Source of the DNA: a virus | Taxonomy: Duplodnaviria > Heunggongvirae > Uroviricota > Caudoviricetes | DNA length: 23,271 nucleotides | IMG/VR virus record: IMGVR_UViG_2563366867_000008 | Strand: one strand, 5' to 3' | Shown here: positions 8,700-16,168 of the stretch, one piece after another | Layout of the letters: every line of letters begins with the position of its first letter | How positions within the stretch are numbered: the first letter of the stretch is position 1 | The notes under the pieces: generated by a model | Database searches by the model: none | The model's input: only the letters and a program-made list of their open reading frames with translations | What the model was told of the DNA's origin: nothing | Made by a program: the position numbers and the translations under genes

Positions 8700-9356
8700 A
8701 TGAAGTCTTTAGGTGAACGTCTCATCAACGCACGGCAAAAAGCTGGGTTAACACAAGATGCGTTGGCTAAAAAAGCTGGGGTCACCAGAGTTGCAATCAG
8801 TAAAGCCGAGCAAGGCCTTACAAAAAGTTTCAACGGTGACACCCTTTTTAAAGTTGCAGCTGCACTGCAGTGTTCACCGCAGTGGCTTCAGAACGGAGAT
8901 GAAAAAGATAAGCATTGGGAAAATAATGTTAAGAGCTGCCCACAGAGAGACACAGCATACTCTTACCCTGTAATTAACTGGGTTCAGGCAGGATTATTCG
9001 CAACTTCTGGTGATGACTACAACATGTATGATCAGGATAATTGGAGGCATTCTGTAAAATACGCTGGTGAGAGGGGGTTCTGGCTGGAAGTGCACGGAGA
9101 CTCAATGACTTCGCCCGTAGGAATAACATTTCCTGAAGGAATGTCGATCCTTGTCAACCCAGATAAAGAAGTTTTTTCAGGGTGTTACGTCATCGCCAGA
9201 AAAAAATCTACCAATGAAGCAACATTCAAAAAATATATTTCTGAAATGGGAAAGGCGTTTCTAAAGCCCCTTAATCCACAATATCCAATCATAGAAATGG
9301 ACAATGATTGCGAAATAGTAGGTGTTGTGGTTGATGCCAGGTGGGATATTTTCTAA
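8700..9356 (+). CDS. cI-type repressor (N-terminal HTH-XRE, C-terminal S24 LexA-like autopeptidase)
   Basis: Start at internal ATG with RBS GAGAGGAGAAG; HTH LTQDALAKKAGVTRVAISKAE; GDSM serine and downstream Lys typical of S24. Confidence 0.85.
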   Translation: MKSLGERLINARQKAGLTQDALAKKAGVTRVAISKAEQGLTKSFNGDTLFKVAAALQCSPQWLQNGDEKDKHWENNVKSCPQRDTAYSYPVINWVQAGLFATSGDDYNMYDQDNWRHSVKYAGERGFWLEVHGDSMTSPVGITFPEGMSILVNPDKEVFSGCYVIARKKSTNEATFKKYISEMGKAFLKPLNPQYPIIEMDNDCEIVGVVVDARWDIF

Positions 9357-9379
9357 CCAGACACAAAACACAAAAAGAA

Positions 9380-9456
9380 ACCAAAGTATCAAAAATCACT
9401 TGCCACACCTTGATACCTTAGTTACCATAAAACAAAGTTCGTAACTGAGGTATCAT
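9380..9456. promoter_or_regulatory. Left operator/promoter region (OL/PL-like)
   Basis: AAAGTATCAA (9382-9392) and inverted TTGATACCTT (9410-9419), GGTATCA at 9449-9455, plus GTTAC...GTAAC inverted repeat; same half-site as the OR region. Confidence 0.6.
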
Positions 9457-9459
9457 CTC

Positions 9460-9876
9460 ATGATCAATAAAGCTACAACTCTTGACTGTCTCGAAGAACT
9501 GAAAAACCTCGGCAGCCTCATTACACTAATAGCAAAAGCAACACCTGATGCTACGCTCTCTAGCGATATAGAGTCATGCGCAGGACTGGCATGGGATATG
9601 ACAAATAGCATATCCAGAAAGCTATCGTCAGCAATGCTTTTACAGAACAAAAATTCTGCAATCAACAACCGTCTTCGCACCCAACGCGAAGCCTGCGGCT
9701 TAACAACCGCCGAACTCGCCAGGCTGCTCGATCTCGATGAAGAAATTATCATCCAGTGGGAGAGCGGAGAGTATGAACCAACTATCAGTATGCTTATCCC
9801 ACTGGCAAATATTCTTGGCTGCGATCCGATGTGGCTGTTAACTGGCGAAACGGCAGCAAAGGATATCTGCGCATGA
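9460..9876 (+). CDS. HTH-XRE DNA-binding protein (C-terminal HTH), first gene of the PL-side operon
   Basis: 138 aa; LTTAELARLLDLDEEIIIQWESGEYEPT HTH; occupies the position of N but has no arginine-rich motif. Confidence 0.7.
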   Translation: MINKATTLDCLEELKNLGSLITLIAKATPDATLSSDIESCAGLAWDMTNSISRKLSSAMLLQNKNSAINNRLRTQREACGLTTAELARLLDLDEEIIIQWESGEYEPTISMLIPLANILGCDPMWLLTGETAAKDICA

Positions 9877-10115
9877 AAAACTGTGATGCTTACCATATTT
9901 GTCTCATTGGTGAATTGCTTGATTTCATACAAAAAAGCACTGCGCGCAATAATAAAAATATAACATATGGTGATCTGGTAATAATTTCAGAGGATATAAA
10001 GAGCATCGCTCTTAAATTCAAGAGCGACGCGAGTATTGATGACGCTATTTACGCTTATCTTGCGAAAATAATTGACGGATCCAAAATCCAGCCTCTGGAT
10101 GAACCTCGTCAGTGA
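9873..10115 (+). CDS. Hypothetical protein coupled to the HTH gene
   Basis: 80 aa from ATG at 9873 (ATGA overlap with upstream stop); AT-rich codon usage; 3' end overlaps a convergent ORF. Confidence 0.4.
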   Translation: MKNCDAYHICLIGELLDFIQKSTARNNKNITYGDLVIISEDIKSIALKFKSDASIDDAIYAYLAKIIDGSKIQPLDEPRQ

Positions 10116-10272
10116 AAAACTCCTTTGATGAAGATGAGAACTGCTTCATAAACTTTACTTTATCTTCAGGTGAAACTACCTGACGAATTAATGCGGAGAT
10201 AGCAACTTTGTGCCAAATTAATTCTTTTTTGAGTTCTGAAATCTCTTTTTCGAGTTGCTCTGCGTTAATCAT
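10045..10272 (-). CDS. Hypothetical coiled-coil protein, own promoter, opposite to PL transcription
   Basis: 75 aa; strong RBS GGAGGA 4-5 nt upstream of ATG. Confidence 0.55.
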   Translation of the reverse strand: MINAEQLEKEISELKKELIWHKVAISALIRQVVSPEDKVKFMKQFSSSSKEFFTDEVHPEAGFWIRQLFSQDKRK

Positions 10273-10451
10273 TTATCCTCCATTGAGAGCTGAATTGAAA
10301 ATGGGGACCAACACGCGGCTACGTGTGGTCGTGCGCCGGACACGGATAAGCATCCGGTAACTGATTATCAATCATTGCGGAAACAGTCTCAATATGAAAA
10401 CACTTCTGAGACTCGCTATATAGCAGGACATATAAGTCAGCTGAGGAAGCC

Positions 10452-10817
10452 ATGAAAAAGTTCGAAAACATAACTGTTCTCCATGTTGATGACTTTGATT
10501 ATACAAACCCGGAACTTCTCCCGGAGGTTGTAAAGGCAATAGATGTTGCCGATATAGTGATTAGAGGAAAGAGAATTGTCAAAAACAGGCTCGCATGCAC
10601 TTCAGAAGCAATGACAGAAACAACCTCACAGCAAGATAATTACGAAGGCATTTGTCTGGAGCCTGATTCATTTGCGGTAAATGTTTATCATTTATTGCAT
10701 GCAACACAGGTATTACATATGTCCAGTAATCACGAAACGAAAACACTCGGCAGCGAAATTCTGAATTTTGCATGTGAGTATGCAAAAACTGCTGCCGAAA
10801 AAGAATTAGCGCAATAA
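10452..10817 (+). CDS. Hypothetical protein
   Basis: 121 aa; RBS GAGGAAG; divergent from the 10045-10272 gene across a palindrome-rich 180-bp spacer. Confidence 0.55.
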   Translation: MKKFENITVLHVDDFDYTNPELLPEVVKAIDVADIVIRGKRIVKNRLACTSEAMTETTSQQDNYEGICLEPDSFAVNVYHLLHATQVLHMSSNHETKTLGSEILNFACEYAKTAAEKELAQ

Positions 10818-10895
10818 CAACAAATATGCTCTGAACGTTTATTGCGGTTTTATCGCCGGGGATTGTTACAATCTTAATCCACAGGAGGATTTATT

Positions 10896-11009
10896 ATGAC
10901 TTTTATAAAGAATATGGCATCACACAAGACCGCCTGTCTTATTGCACAATACGGTGAAAATTACATGCATATTGCCTGCTTATTTCTGCGTAAAGCATAC
11001 GGGAAATAA
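10896..11009 (+). CDS. Small ORF (37 aa) with strong RBS
   Basis: AGGAGG 7 nt upstream of ATG; below the 60-aa cutoff of the ORF track; translated manually. Confidence 0.3.
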   Translation: MTFIKNMASHKTACLIAQYGENYMHIACLFLRKAYGK

Positions 11010-11012
11010 CAA

Positions 11013-11372
11013 ATGACACATGAACCCATTAATACATATCGTCGCCGTATAGCTGTTGCAGCACTCCATCGAATAAAACGTAAAACAGGTGGTGATCTGC
11101 TTATTGTTGACCTTCTGGATGGGAACATTACGACCATAGAAATAACAGAACAGTTTATAAACCAGTTGCTGTTGCGCTTTGAAGATATTACCCGTGGTGA
11201 ATTGGGTCGAGTGGAGGGTGAAACAGAATTCCGAACTGCATACCAGAATGCCATCGGGATTAATCAACATACTGAATACCAGGCTGAAACCGGAAAGTTA
11301 ATTATAGACAACCTTTTACAAGAGGTTATTGATTACGCGAAAGAAAAATATATCAGCGGAGGAATTAACTGA
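11013..11372 (+). CDS. Hypothetical protein
   Basis: 119-aa ORF, first of four tightly packed same-strand ORFs. Confidence 0.5.
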   Translation: MTHEPINTYRRRIAVAALHRIKRKTGGDLLIVDLLDGNITTIEITEQFINQLLLRFEDITRGELGRVEGETEFRTAYQNAIGINQHTEYQAETGKLIIDNLLQEVIDYAKEKYISGGIN

Positions 11373-11587
11373 TGGCTAATTTATCCCCTGTATCTGTTGT
11401 GCACGAAAAAGTGCAGATCGTTATGACAATTGAAAATGGCCAGGTAACAGATGTCTGCAAAGTCCGCGATGGAGAGCTGATTGCCAGCATGGATACATTC
11501 ATATGGCTGGCAGAAAGAGCGGGGTATCAGATAACAGCACCTGCTCAGGAGGAAACCAGTGACATTAACAGCAACGCGAATTCCTGA
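11372..11587 (+). CDS. Hypothetical protein
   Basis: 71 aa; RBS GGAGG; start overlaps upstream stop. Confidence 0.5.
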   Translation: MANLSPVSVVHEKVQIVMTIENGQVTDVCKVRDGELIASMDTFIWLAERAGYQITAPAQEETSDINSNANS

Positions 11588-11777
11588 GTGGGTCCACCAG
11601 CAGGCGTTGCTGGTCCTGCGGCGGTACAGATGCCGACGTATATTCCCGCATCGGATACAGCGCAACGGATATCTCAGTCTGAAGGTTAACCGTCGCTGGC
11701 GGCTGTTATCGAAAGACGACGGCCGGAACTGGGAAATAATGAGTCATGAACGTTATTCGGGAGAAATAAAGAAATGA
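11559..11777 (+). CDS. Hypothetical basic protein (GTG start)
   Basis: 72 aa; AGGAGG 6 nt upstream of GTG. Confidence 0.45.
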   Translation: MTLTATRIPEWVHQQALLVLRRYRCRRIFPHRIQRNGYLSLKVNRRWRLLSKDDGRNWEIMSHERYSGEIKK

Positions 11778-12166
11778 TCGACAACCGCACCGCCAGCGCC
11801 ATTGACCAGGCATTACAGAAACATGATACACCCGTCGGCCCGTTATTTTTTGTAACACATCACGGAAGAACAAAAAAATGCCTCACTCGAAAAACGGCAA
11901 TTCGTTACCTGGCATTCTTTATGACCACCCGCGCTTTTGAACGTTCAGGATTCCGACAACGCCATCCTGACAAGCGTTTTATCTTCAACGGGAATGAAAT
12001 ATGGAAACGTGGAGAATCAACCACAGAGTACACCCGCGCACACCAGCGAACAATCAGACGACTGCGCAGACTCATCGCCAGGAAACAGTATACAGAAAAA
12101 TGGTTCAGAAAATATGACACATGGAGCGCCGGATATTACGAACTGATGGCAACAAAACCATTCTGA
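11774..12166 (+). CDS. Hypothetical basic protein
   Basis: 130 aa; ATGA overlap with upstream gene. Confidence 0.5.
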   Translation: MIDNRTASAIDQALQKHDTPVGPLFFVTHHGRTKKCLTRKTAIRYLAFFMTTRAFERSGFRQRHPDKRFIFNGNEIWKRGESTTEYTRAHQRTIRRLRRLIARKQYTEKWFRKYDTWSAGYYELMATKPF

Positions 12167-12226
12167 CGTAAACGAAATTAACCATGACGCAATTAAATAA
12201 GGCAAGCTGAATACAGCAGGAGGACC

Positions 12227-12415
12227 ATGAACATTTATTTCAGAATAGTTATATCACTGGCAATTATCGCATGTATTTACGGATTGCTCGTCCCGTTTCT
12301 GATATCAATGAAGGATACGGTAGCGGTGATTTCTGGCTTTGCACTGACGTTTCTAACCCCGCCATGTATTTATACCATTTATAAGGGGCTTTCTTTCACT
12401 AAGGATAAAAGATGA
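12227..12415 (+). CDS. Small membrane protein (two predicted TM helices)
   Basis: 62 aa, hydrophobic; RBS AGGAGG; stop overlaps start of SPFH gene (ATGA). Confidence 0.6.
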   Translation: MNIYFRIVISLAIIACIYGLLVPFLISMKDTVAVISGFALTFLTPPCIYTIYKGLSFTKDKR

Positions 12416-13239
12416 AAAAAATTATTTTTTCTTTAGCCATTGTTCTGCCTGCCATTGGCCTTGTCGGTTGTGATCGTGTTGAGCCTGGTAATGTGGGCAT
12501 CAAAGTCAACAAACTTGGCGACGACAAAGGCGTCGGTGAAGTGGTCGGTGTTGGTCGCTACTGGACAGGCTGGAACACTGAAGTTTATATCTTCCCGACC
12601 TTTAAGCAGATGAAGACCTACGATGATCCATTCAGTTTCCAGATGAGCGATGGAACAACCATTGGTTACCACATCGGAGTAGCCTACAAGGTTGATCCAT
12701 CCAAAGTTACCACAGTCTTTCAGACCTACCGCAAAGGCGTGGACGACATTACCGACACCGACCTGCGCCAGAAGATAGCCGACGCACTCAACCGACTGGC
12801 CAGCAAAATGACCACCGACAAATTTATCGACGGCGGCAAGTCTGAGCTGCTGGATGCAGCTCTTAAAGACATTCAGGAAGAAATGACGCCCATCGGTATT
12901 CAGGTAATAAGCCTCTCATATGTGGGTAAGCCGGAGTACCCGCCTACTGTTATCGACAGCATTAATGCCAAAGTCACGGCGAACCAGAAAACTCTGCAAC
13001 GCGAGCAGGAAGTAAAACAGCGCGAAGCGGAAGCCAACATGTTGCGCGCGGAAGCTGCCGGACAGGCTGATGCGATTCGCACAAAAGCCCAGGCTGAAGC
13101 CGATGCTATTCGTTTACGCGGTGAAGCTCTGCGTCAGAACCCCGGTGTTATGGAGCTGGAAGCCATCAATAAATGGAACGGCACGCTGCCGCAATACATG
13201 ACCAGCGGTGCCAATACACCATTTATCCAGGTTAAATAA
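12412..13239 (+). CDS. SPFH/band-7 (prohibitin/stomatin-like) lipoprotein with C-terminal Ala/Glu-rich coiled coil
   Basis: 275 aa; signal peptide with lipobox LVGC; SPFH-like core; RBS AAGGA. Confidence 0.7.
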   Translation: MKKIIFSLAIVLPAIGLVGCDRVEPGNVGIKVNKLGDDKGVGEVVGVGRYWTGWNTEVYIFPTFKQMKTYDDPFSFQMSDGTTIGYHIGVAYKVDPSKVTTVFQTYRKGVDDITDTDLRQKIADALNRLASKMTTDKFIDGGKSELLDAALKDIQEEMTPIGIQVISLSYVGKPEYPPTVIDSINAKVTANQKTLQREQEVKQREAEANMLRAEAAGQADAIRTKAQAEADAIRLRGEALRQNPGVMELEAINKWNGTLPQYMTSGANTPFIQVK

Positions 13240-13310
13240 CTTAATATGCCCGGCAGGCCGTCGGGCTAAGGGAAAAGCAGATAAACACTCATAATACTCA
13301 ACCGCAAATA

Positions 13311-13652
13311 ATGAACTATGACCCAAATCTGACGTCATGCGGACGCATGGCGAAACAAACCGTTCGATTAACTTTCGGGCAATGGGAATACCGCGAAACA
13401 TTCGAAGTCACTGTCGGTGGCAACCTGACCGGACTCGATGTTATCAGTTGCGCTATTGAAAGCCTGTACGCAACGCTGCCTTATGAAGAAGTCGAGGATG
13501 AGCGTACAGGGGAAACAGATATCATGGCCACCATTAATATTGGCGAACTGACATGCCAGGATGAAGACCTGTCCGGAGAGCTCTGGCTTGCCGGGATGCT
13601 TATCTCAGCAGAAATTATCAGTATTGAACCCGCTACAAACATACGGCTCTGA
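13311..13652 (+). CDS. Hypothetical acidic protein (start uncertain, possibly 13347)
   Basis: 113-aa ORF, no recognised domain. Confidence 0.4.
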   Translation: MNYDPNLTSCGRMAKQTVRLTFGQWEYRETFEVTVGGNLTGLDVISCAIESLYATLPYEEVEDERTGETDIMATINIGELTCQDEDLSGELWLAGMLISAEIISIEPATNIRL

Positions 13653-13683
13653 AGTTCTCACTATTCAGAGAGCAGGAGAAAAA

Positions 13684-13926
13684 ATGTTCGCTTTGATTAA
13701 TCAGGGACAACTGTATACCGACAGTGCCGGTTACCCGGTAATAATTATTCGCTGCATAAACAACACTGTGTTGTACAGAAGAATTGATGGGCGAACACAG
13801 TCAGTAAAAATAAACGATTTCAATGAACTGTTTGAACGGATTGATCACCAGGAATACCGACAAATTCTGGCAGAAACAGAGCAGGAGGCTCATCTGAAAA
13901 AATTACGGGCCATGAAAAGGAAGTAA
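13684..13926 (+). CDS. Hypothetical protein
   Basis: 80 aa from internal ATG with RBS AGGAG; longer ORF from 13561 less likely. Confidence 0.45.
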   Translation: MFALINQGQLYTDSAGYPVIIIRCINNTVLYRRIDGRTQSVKINDFNELFERIDHQEYRQILAETEQEAHLKKLRAMKRK

Positions 13927-13929
13927 AGA

Positions 13930-14076
13930 ATGAATAAAGCGTTTGAGCTATGGGTGCGCCAGCGTTACGGCAATCGCTATGACCTGACGCGAGATGTTGA
14001 CGGCTTCTACTGTCGTGAAATTGTGAAACGAATGTTTGAAGTGTGGTGCCACTGCCGTGGGCTGAGTGTTGTGTGA
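13930..14076 (+). CDS. Small Cys-containing protein (48 aa)
   Basis: RBS AAGGAAG; manually translated; immediately precedes putative xis. Confidence 0.35.
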   Translation: MNKAFELWVRQRYGNRYDLTRDVDGFYCREIVKRMFEVWCHCRGLSVV

Positions 14077-14084
14077 GGTAATAC

Positions 14085-14321
14085 ATGGGCAATGTGATTC
14101 AACTGGCTCCCAATGAATGGGTTTGTGAAAGCGTTCTTATCGCAATTACCGGGCTCAAACCAGGCACAATTCTTCGGGCCCGGAAAGAATGCTGGATGGT
14201 TGGAAGAGAGTATATTCACGTATCACCAGACGGTAATCCAAAGCCTTCCAGTGAATGTATGTATAACAGAAAAGCAATAGATGCCTGGGTCGCCTCAATG
14301 AAAAACAAACAACCCAGGTGA
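14085..14321 (+). CDS. Putative excisionase
   Basis: 78 aa directly upstream of integrase in the same orientation; assignment is positional, sequence not confidently matched to a family. Confidence 0.45.
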   Translation: MGNVIQLAPNEWVCESVLIAITGLKPGTILRARKECWMVGREYIHVSPDGNPKPSSECMYNRKAIDAWVASMKNKQPR

Positions 14322-14376
14322 TTTAATATCATGAAATATGTAAGCTCGTATCGCTCTTGGGCGTCTGGAGGTATCG

Positions 14377-15690
14377 ATGGATAAAGTCAAATATCCAACA
14401 GGCGTCGAAAACCACGGCGGCACATTACGCATCTGGTTTAATTTTAAAGGTAAACGTGTCAGGGAAAATCTTGGTGTCCCTGACACTGCCAAGAACAGGA
14501 AGATCGCCGGGGAACTGCGGACATCAGTATGTTTTGCCATCCGCACAGGAAGCTTTGATTATGCTGCACAGTTCCCTGACTCCCCCAACCTTCAGGCTTT
14601 TGGGGTAAGTAAAAAAGAAATTACGGTGAAGGAACTTGAAGAAAAGTGGCTGGATCTGAAACGAATGGAAATCTCTGCAAATGCATTCAATCGCTATGAA
14701 TCCGTTGCAAGAACGATGGTTCCGAAAATTGGAGGCAGTAAACTGGTGTCATCGGTAACCAAAGAGGAATTGCTGTATATCAGGAAAGATTTGCTGACCG
14801 GGTATCAGAATTCAACGAAAAACAAAGCAGCAGCAAAAGGACGGAGCGTCGTTACTGTAAATTATTACATGACGACAATCGCTGGAATGTTTCAGTTTGC
14901 TGCAGATCACGGTTACTTAGAAGCAAATCCCTTCCAGGGAATTAAGCCTCTTAAAAGAGCCAGGGCAGAGCCAGATCCGCTAACTCGTGACGAATTTATT
15001 CGCCTGATAGATGCTTGCCGACATCAGCAGACGAAAAACCTGTGGTCATTGGCTGTGTACACAGGAATGCGTCACGGTGAACTGGTCTCCCTGGCCTGGG
15101 AAGATATCGATCTGAAGGCAGGAACAATTACCATCAGGCGCAATTATACGAAACTTGGTGAGTTCACTCTACCGAAAACTGAAGCAAGCACAAACAGGGT
15201 TGTGCACCTTATCCAGCCCGCTATCAGTGTCCTGAAAAATCAGGCTGAAATGACAAGACTGGGTAAGCAGTACAACATCAAGGTGCAACTACGTGAATAT
15301 GGACGTTCAGTGAACCATGAATGTACTTTCGTGTTTAACCCTCAAGTGGTTAGAAAAAGCGAACAGGTAGGTTTTGTCTACAAAGTCGATTCTGTAGGTG
15401 ACTCATGGGAAACAGCCATTAAGCGTGCAGGGATCAGGCATCGAAAGGCATACCAGTCACGACACACTTATGCGTGCTGGTCATTATCTGCCGGAGCAAA
15501 CCCAAGCTTCATTGCCAGCCAGATGGGCCATGCAAGTGCCCAGATGGTATTCAATGTATACGGAGCATGGATGACTGACAGCAATGCAGAACAGATCGCA
15601 ATGCTGAATCAGAAGCTGACAGATTATGTCCCAATGATGCCCCATAGTCACCAAAGTGACACCAGAGGCTTATTAAAATCAGTAAGTTAA
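14377..15690 (+). CDS. Tyrosine integrase (lambda Int family)
   Basis: 437 aa; RBS GGAGG; C-terminal catalytic region with R...HxxR...Y-type residues (RHTYACWSLSAGANPSFIASQMGHASAQMVFNVY); abuts disrupted host gene. Confidence 0.85.
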   Translation: MDKVKYPTGVENHGGTLRIWFNFKGKRVRENLGVPDTAKNRKIAGELRTSVCFAIRTGSFDYAAQFPDSPNLQAFGVSKKEITVKELEEKWLDLKRMEISANAFNRYESVARTMVPKIGGSKLVSSVTKEELLYIRKDLLTGYQNSTKNKAAAKGRSVVTVNYYMTTIAGMFQFAADHGYLEANPFQGIKPLKRARAEPDPLTRDEFIRLIDACRHQQTKNLWSLAVYTGMRHGELVSLAWEDIDLKAGTITIRRNYTKLGEFTLPKTEASTNRVVHLIQPAISVLKNQAEMTRLGKQYNIKVQLREYGRSVNHECTFVFNPQVVRKSEQVGFVYKVDSVGDSWETAIKRAGIRHRKAYQSRHTYACWSLSAGANPSFIASQMGHASAQMVFNVYGAWMTDSNAEQIAMLNQKLTDYVPMMPHSHQSDTRGLLKSVS

Positions 15691-15716
15691 TCCTTAATAC
15701 CCGTCATGTTAACTGC

Positions 15717-16118
15717 GTGGAGGGTAACACCACGCTTTATGCCCTGCCGAAACCCGAGGTTGTCCTGCGCTGGCGTGAGCAGACCACAGATGACTTCCGC
15801 TTCTGTTTTAAGTTTCCGGCGACCATTTCGCATCAGGCAGCATTACGGCATTGCGATGATTTAGTGACTGAATTTTTGACCCGCATGTCACCGTTGGCTC
15901 CGCGCATTGGACAATACTGGCTGCAACTGCCTGCCACATTCGGCCCACGGGAGCTGCCTGCGCTTTGGCATTTTCTCGATTCTCTTCCCGGTGAATTTAA
16001 TTATGGGGTGGAAGTCCGCCATCCACAGTTTTTCGCCAAAGGGGAAGAGGAACAAACGCTTAATCGCGGTTTACATCAGCGCGGCGTTAATCGGGTGATT
16101 TTTATTAGACACGTTTAA
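15717..16118 (+). pseudogene. Internal fragment of a DUF72-family (yecE-like) host gene, cut on both sides
   Basis: 133-aa frame with no proper start; EVRH-containing DUF72-like motifs; frame ends 5 codons after a sharp GC drop at ~16100; recognition of yecE is from memory. Confidence 0.45.
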
Positions 16119-16168
16119 ATACACCATCTAAAACGATACAATCTAGGGCATCAGTTTTGAGGTGAACA

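Larger units (their letters stand above)
1..15716. mobile_element. Lambdoid prophage, partial (early, immunity and integration regions; late genes lie beyond window start)
   Basis: Gene order Q / DnaB / DnaC / O-like / Rha / cI-like / accessory genes / xis / int, with int abutting a disrupted host gene; mirror image of lambda map. Confidence 0.8.

Noticed and set aside
9460-9876. Lambda N homolog at the PL-proximal gene
   Set aside because: No arginine-rich N-terminal motif; the protein carries an HTH-XRE domain instead.
9831-10115. Longer 94-aa form of the ORF after the HTH gene
   Set aside because: The internal ATG at 9873 with ATGA stop-start overlap is a more plausible start.
15907-16098. 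63-aa ORF within the yecE-like fragment
   Set aside because: Alternative frame inside the better-supported DUF72-like reading frame.
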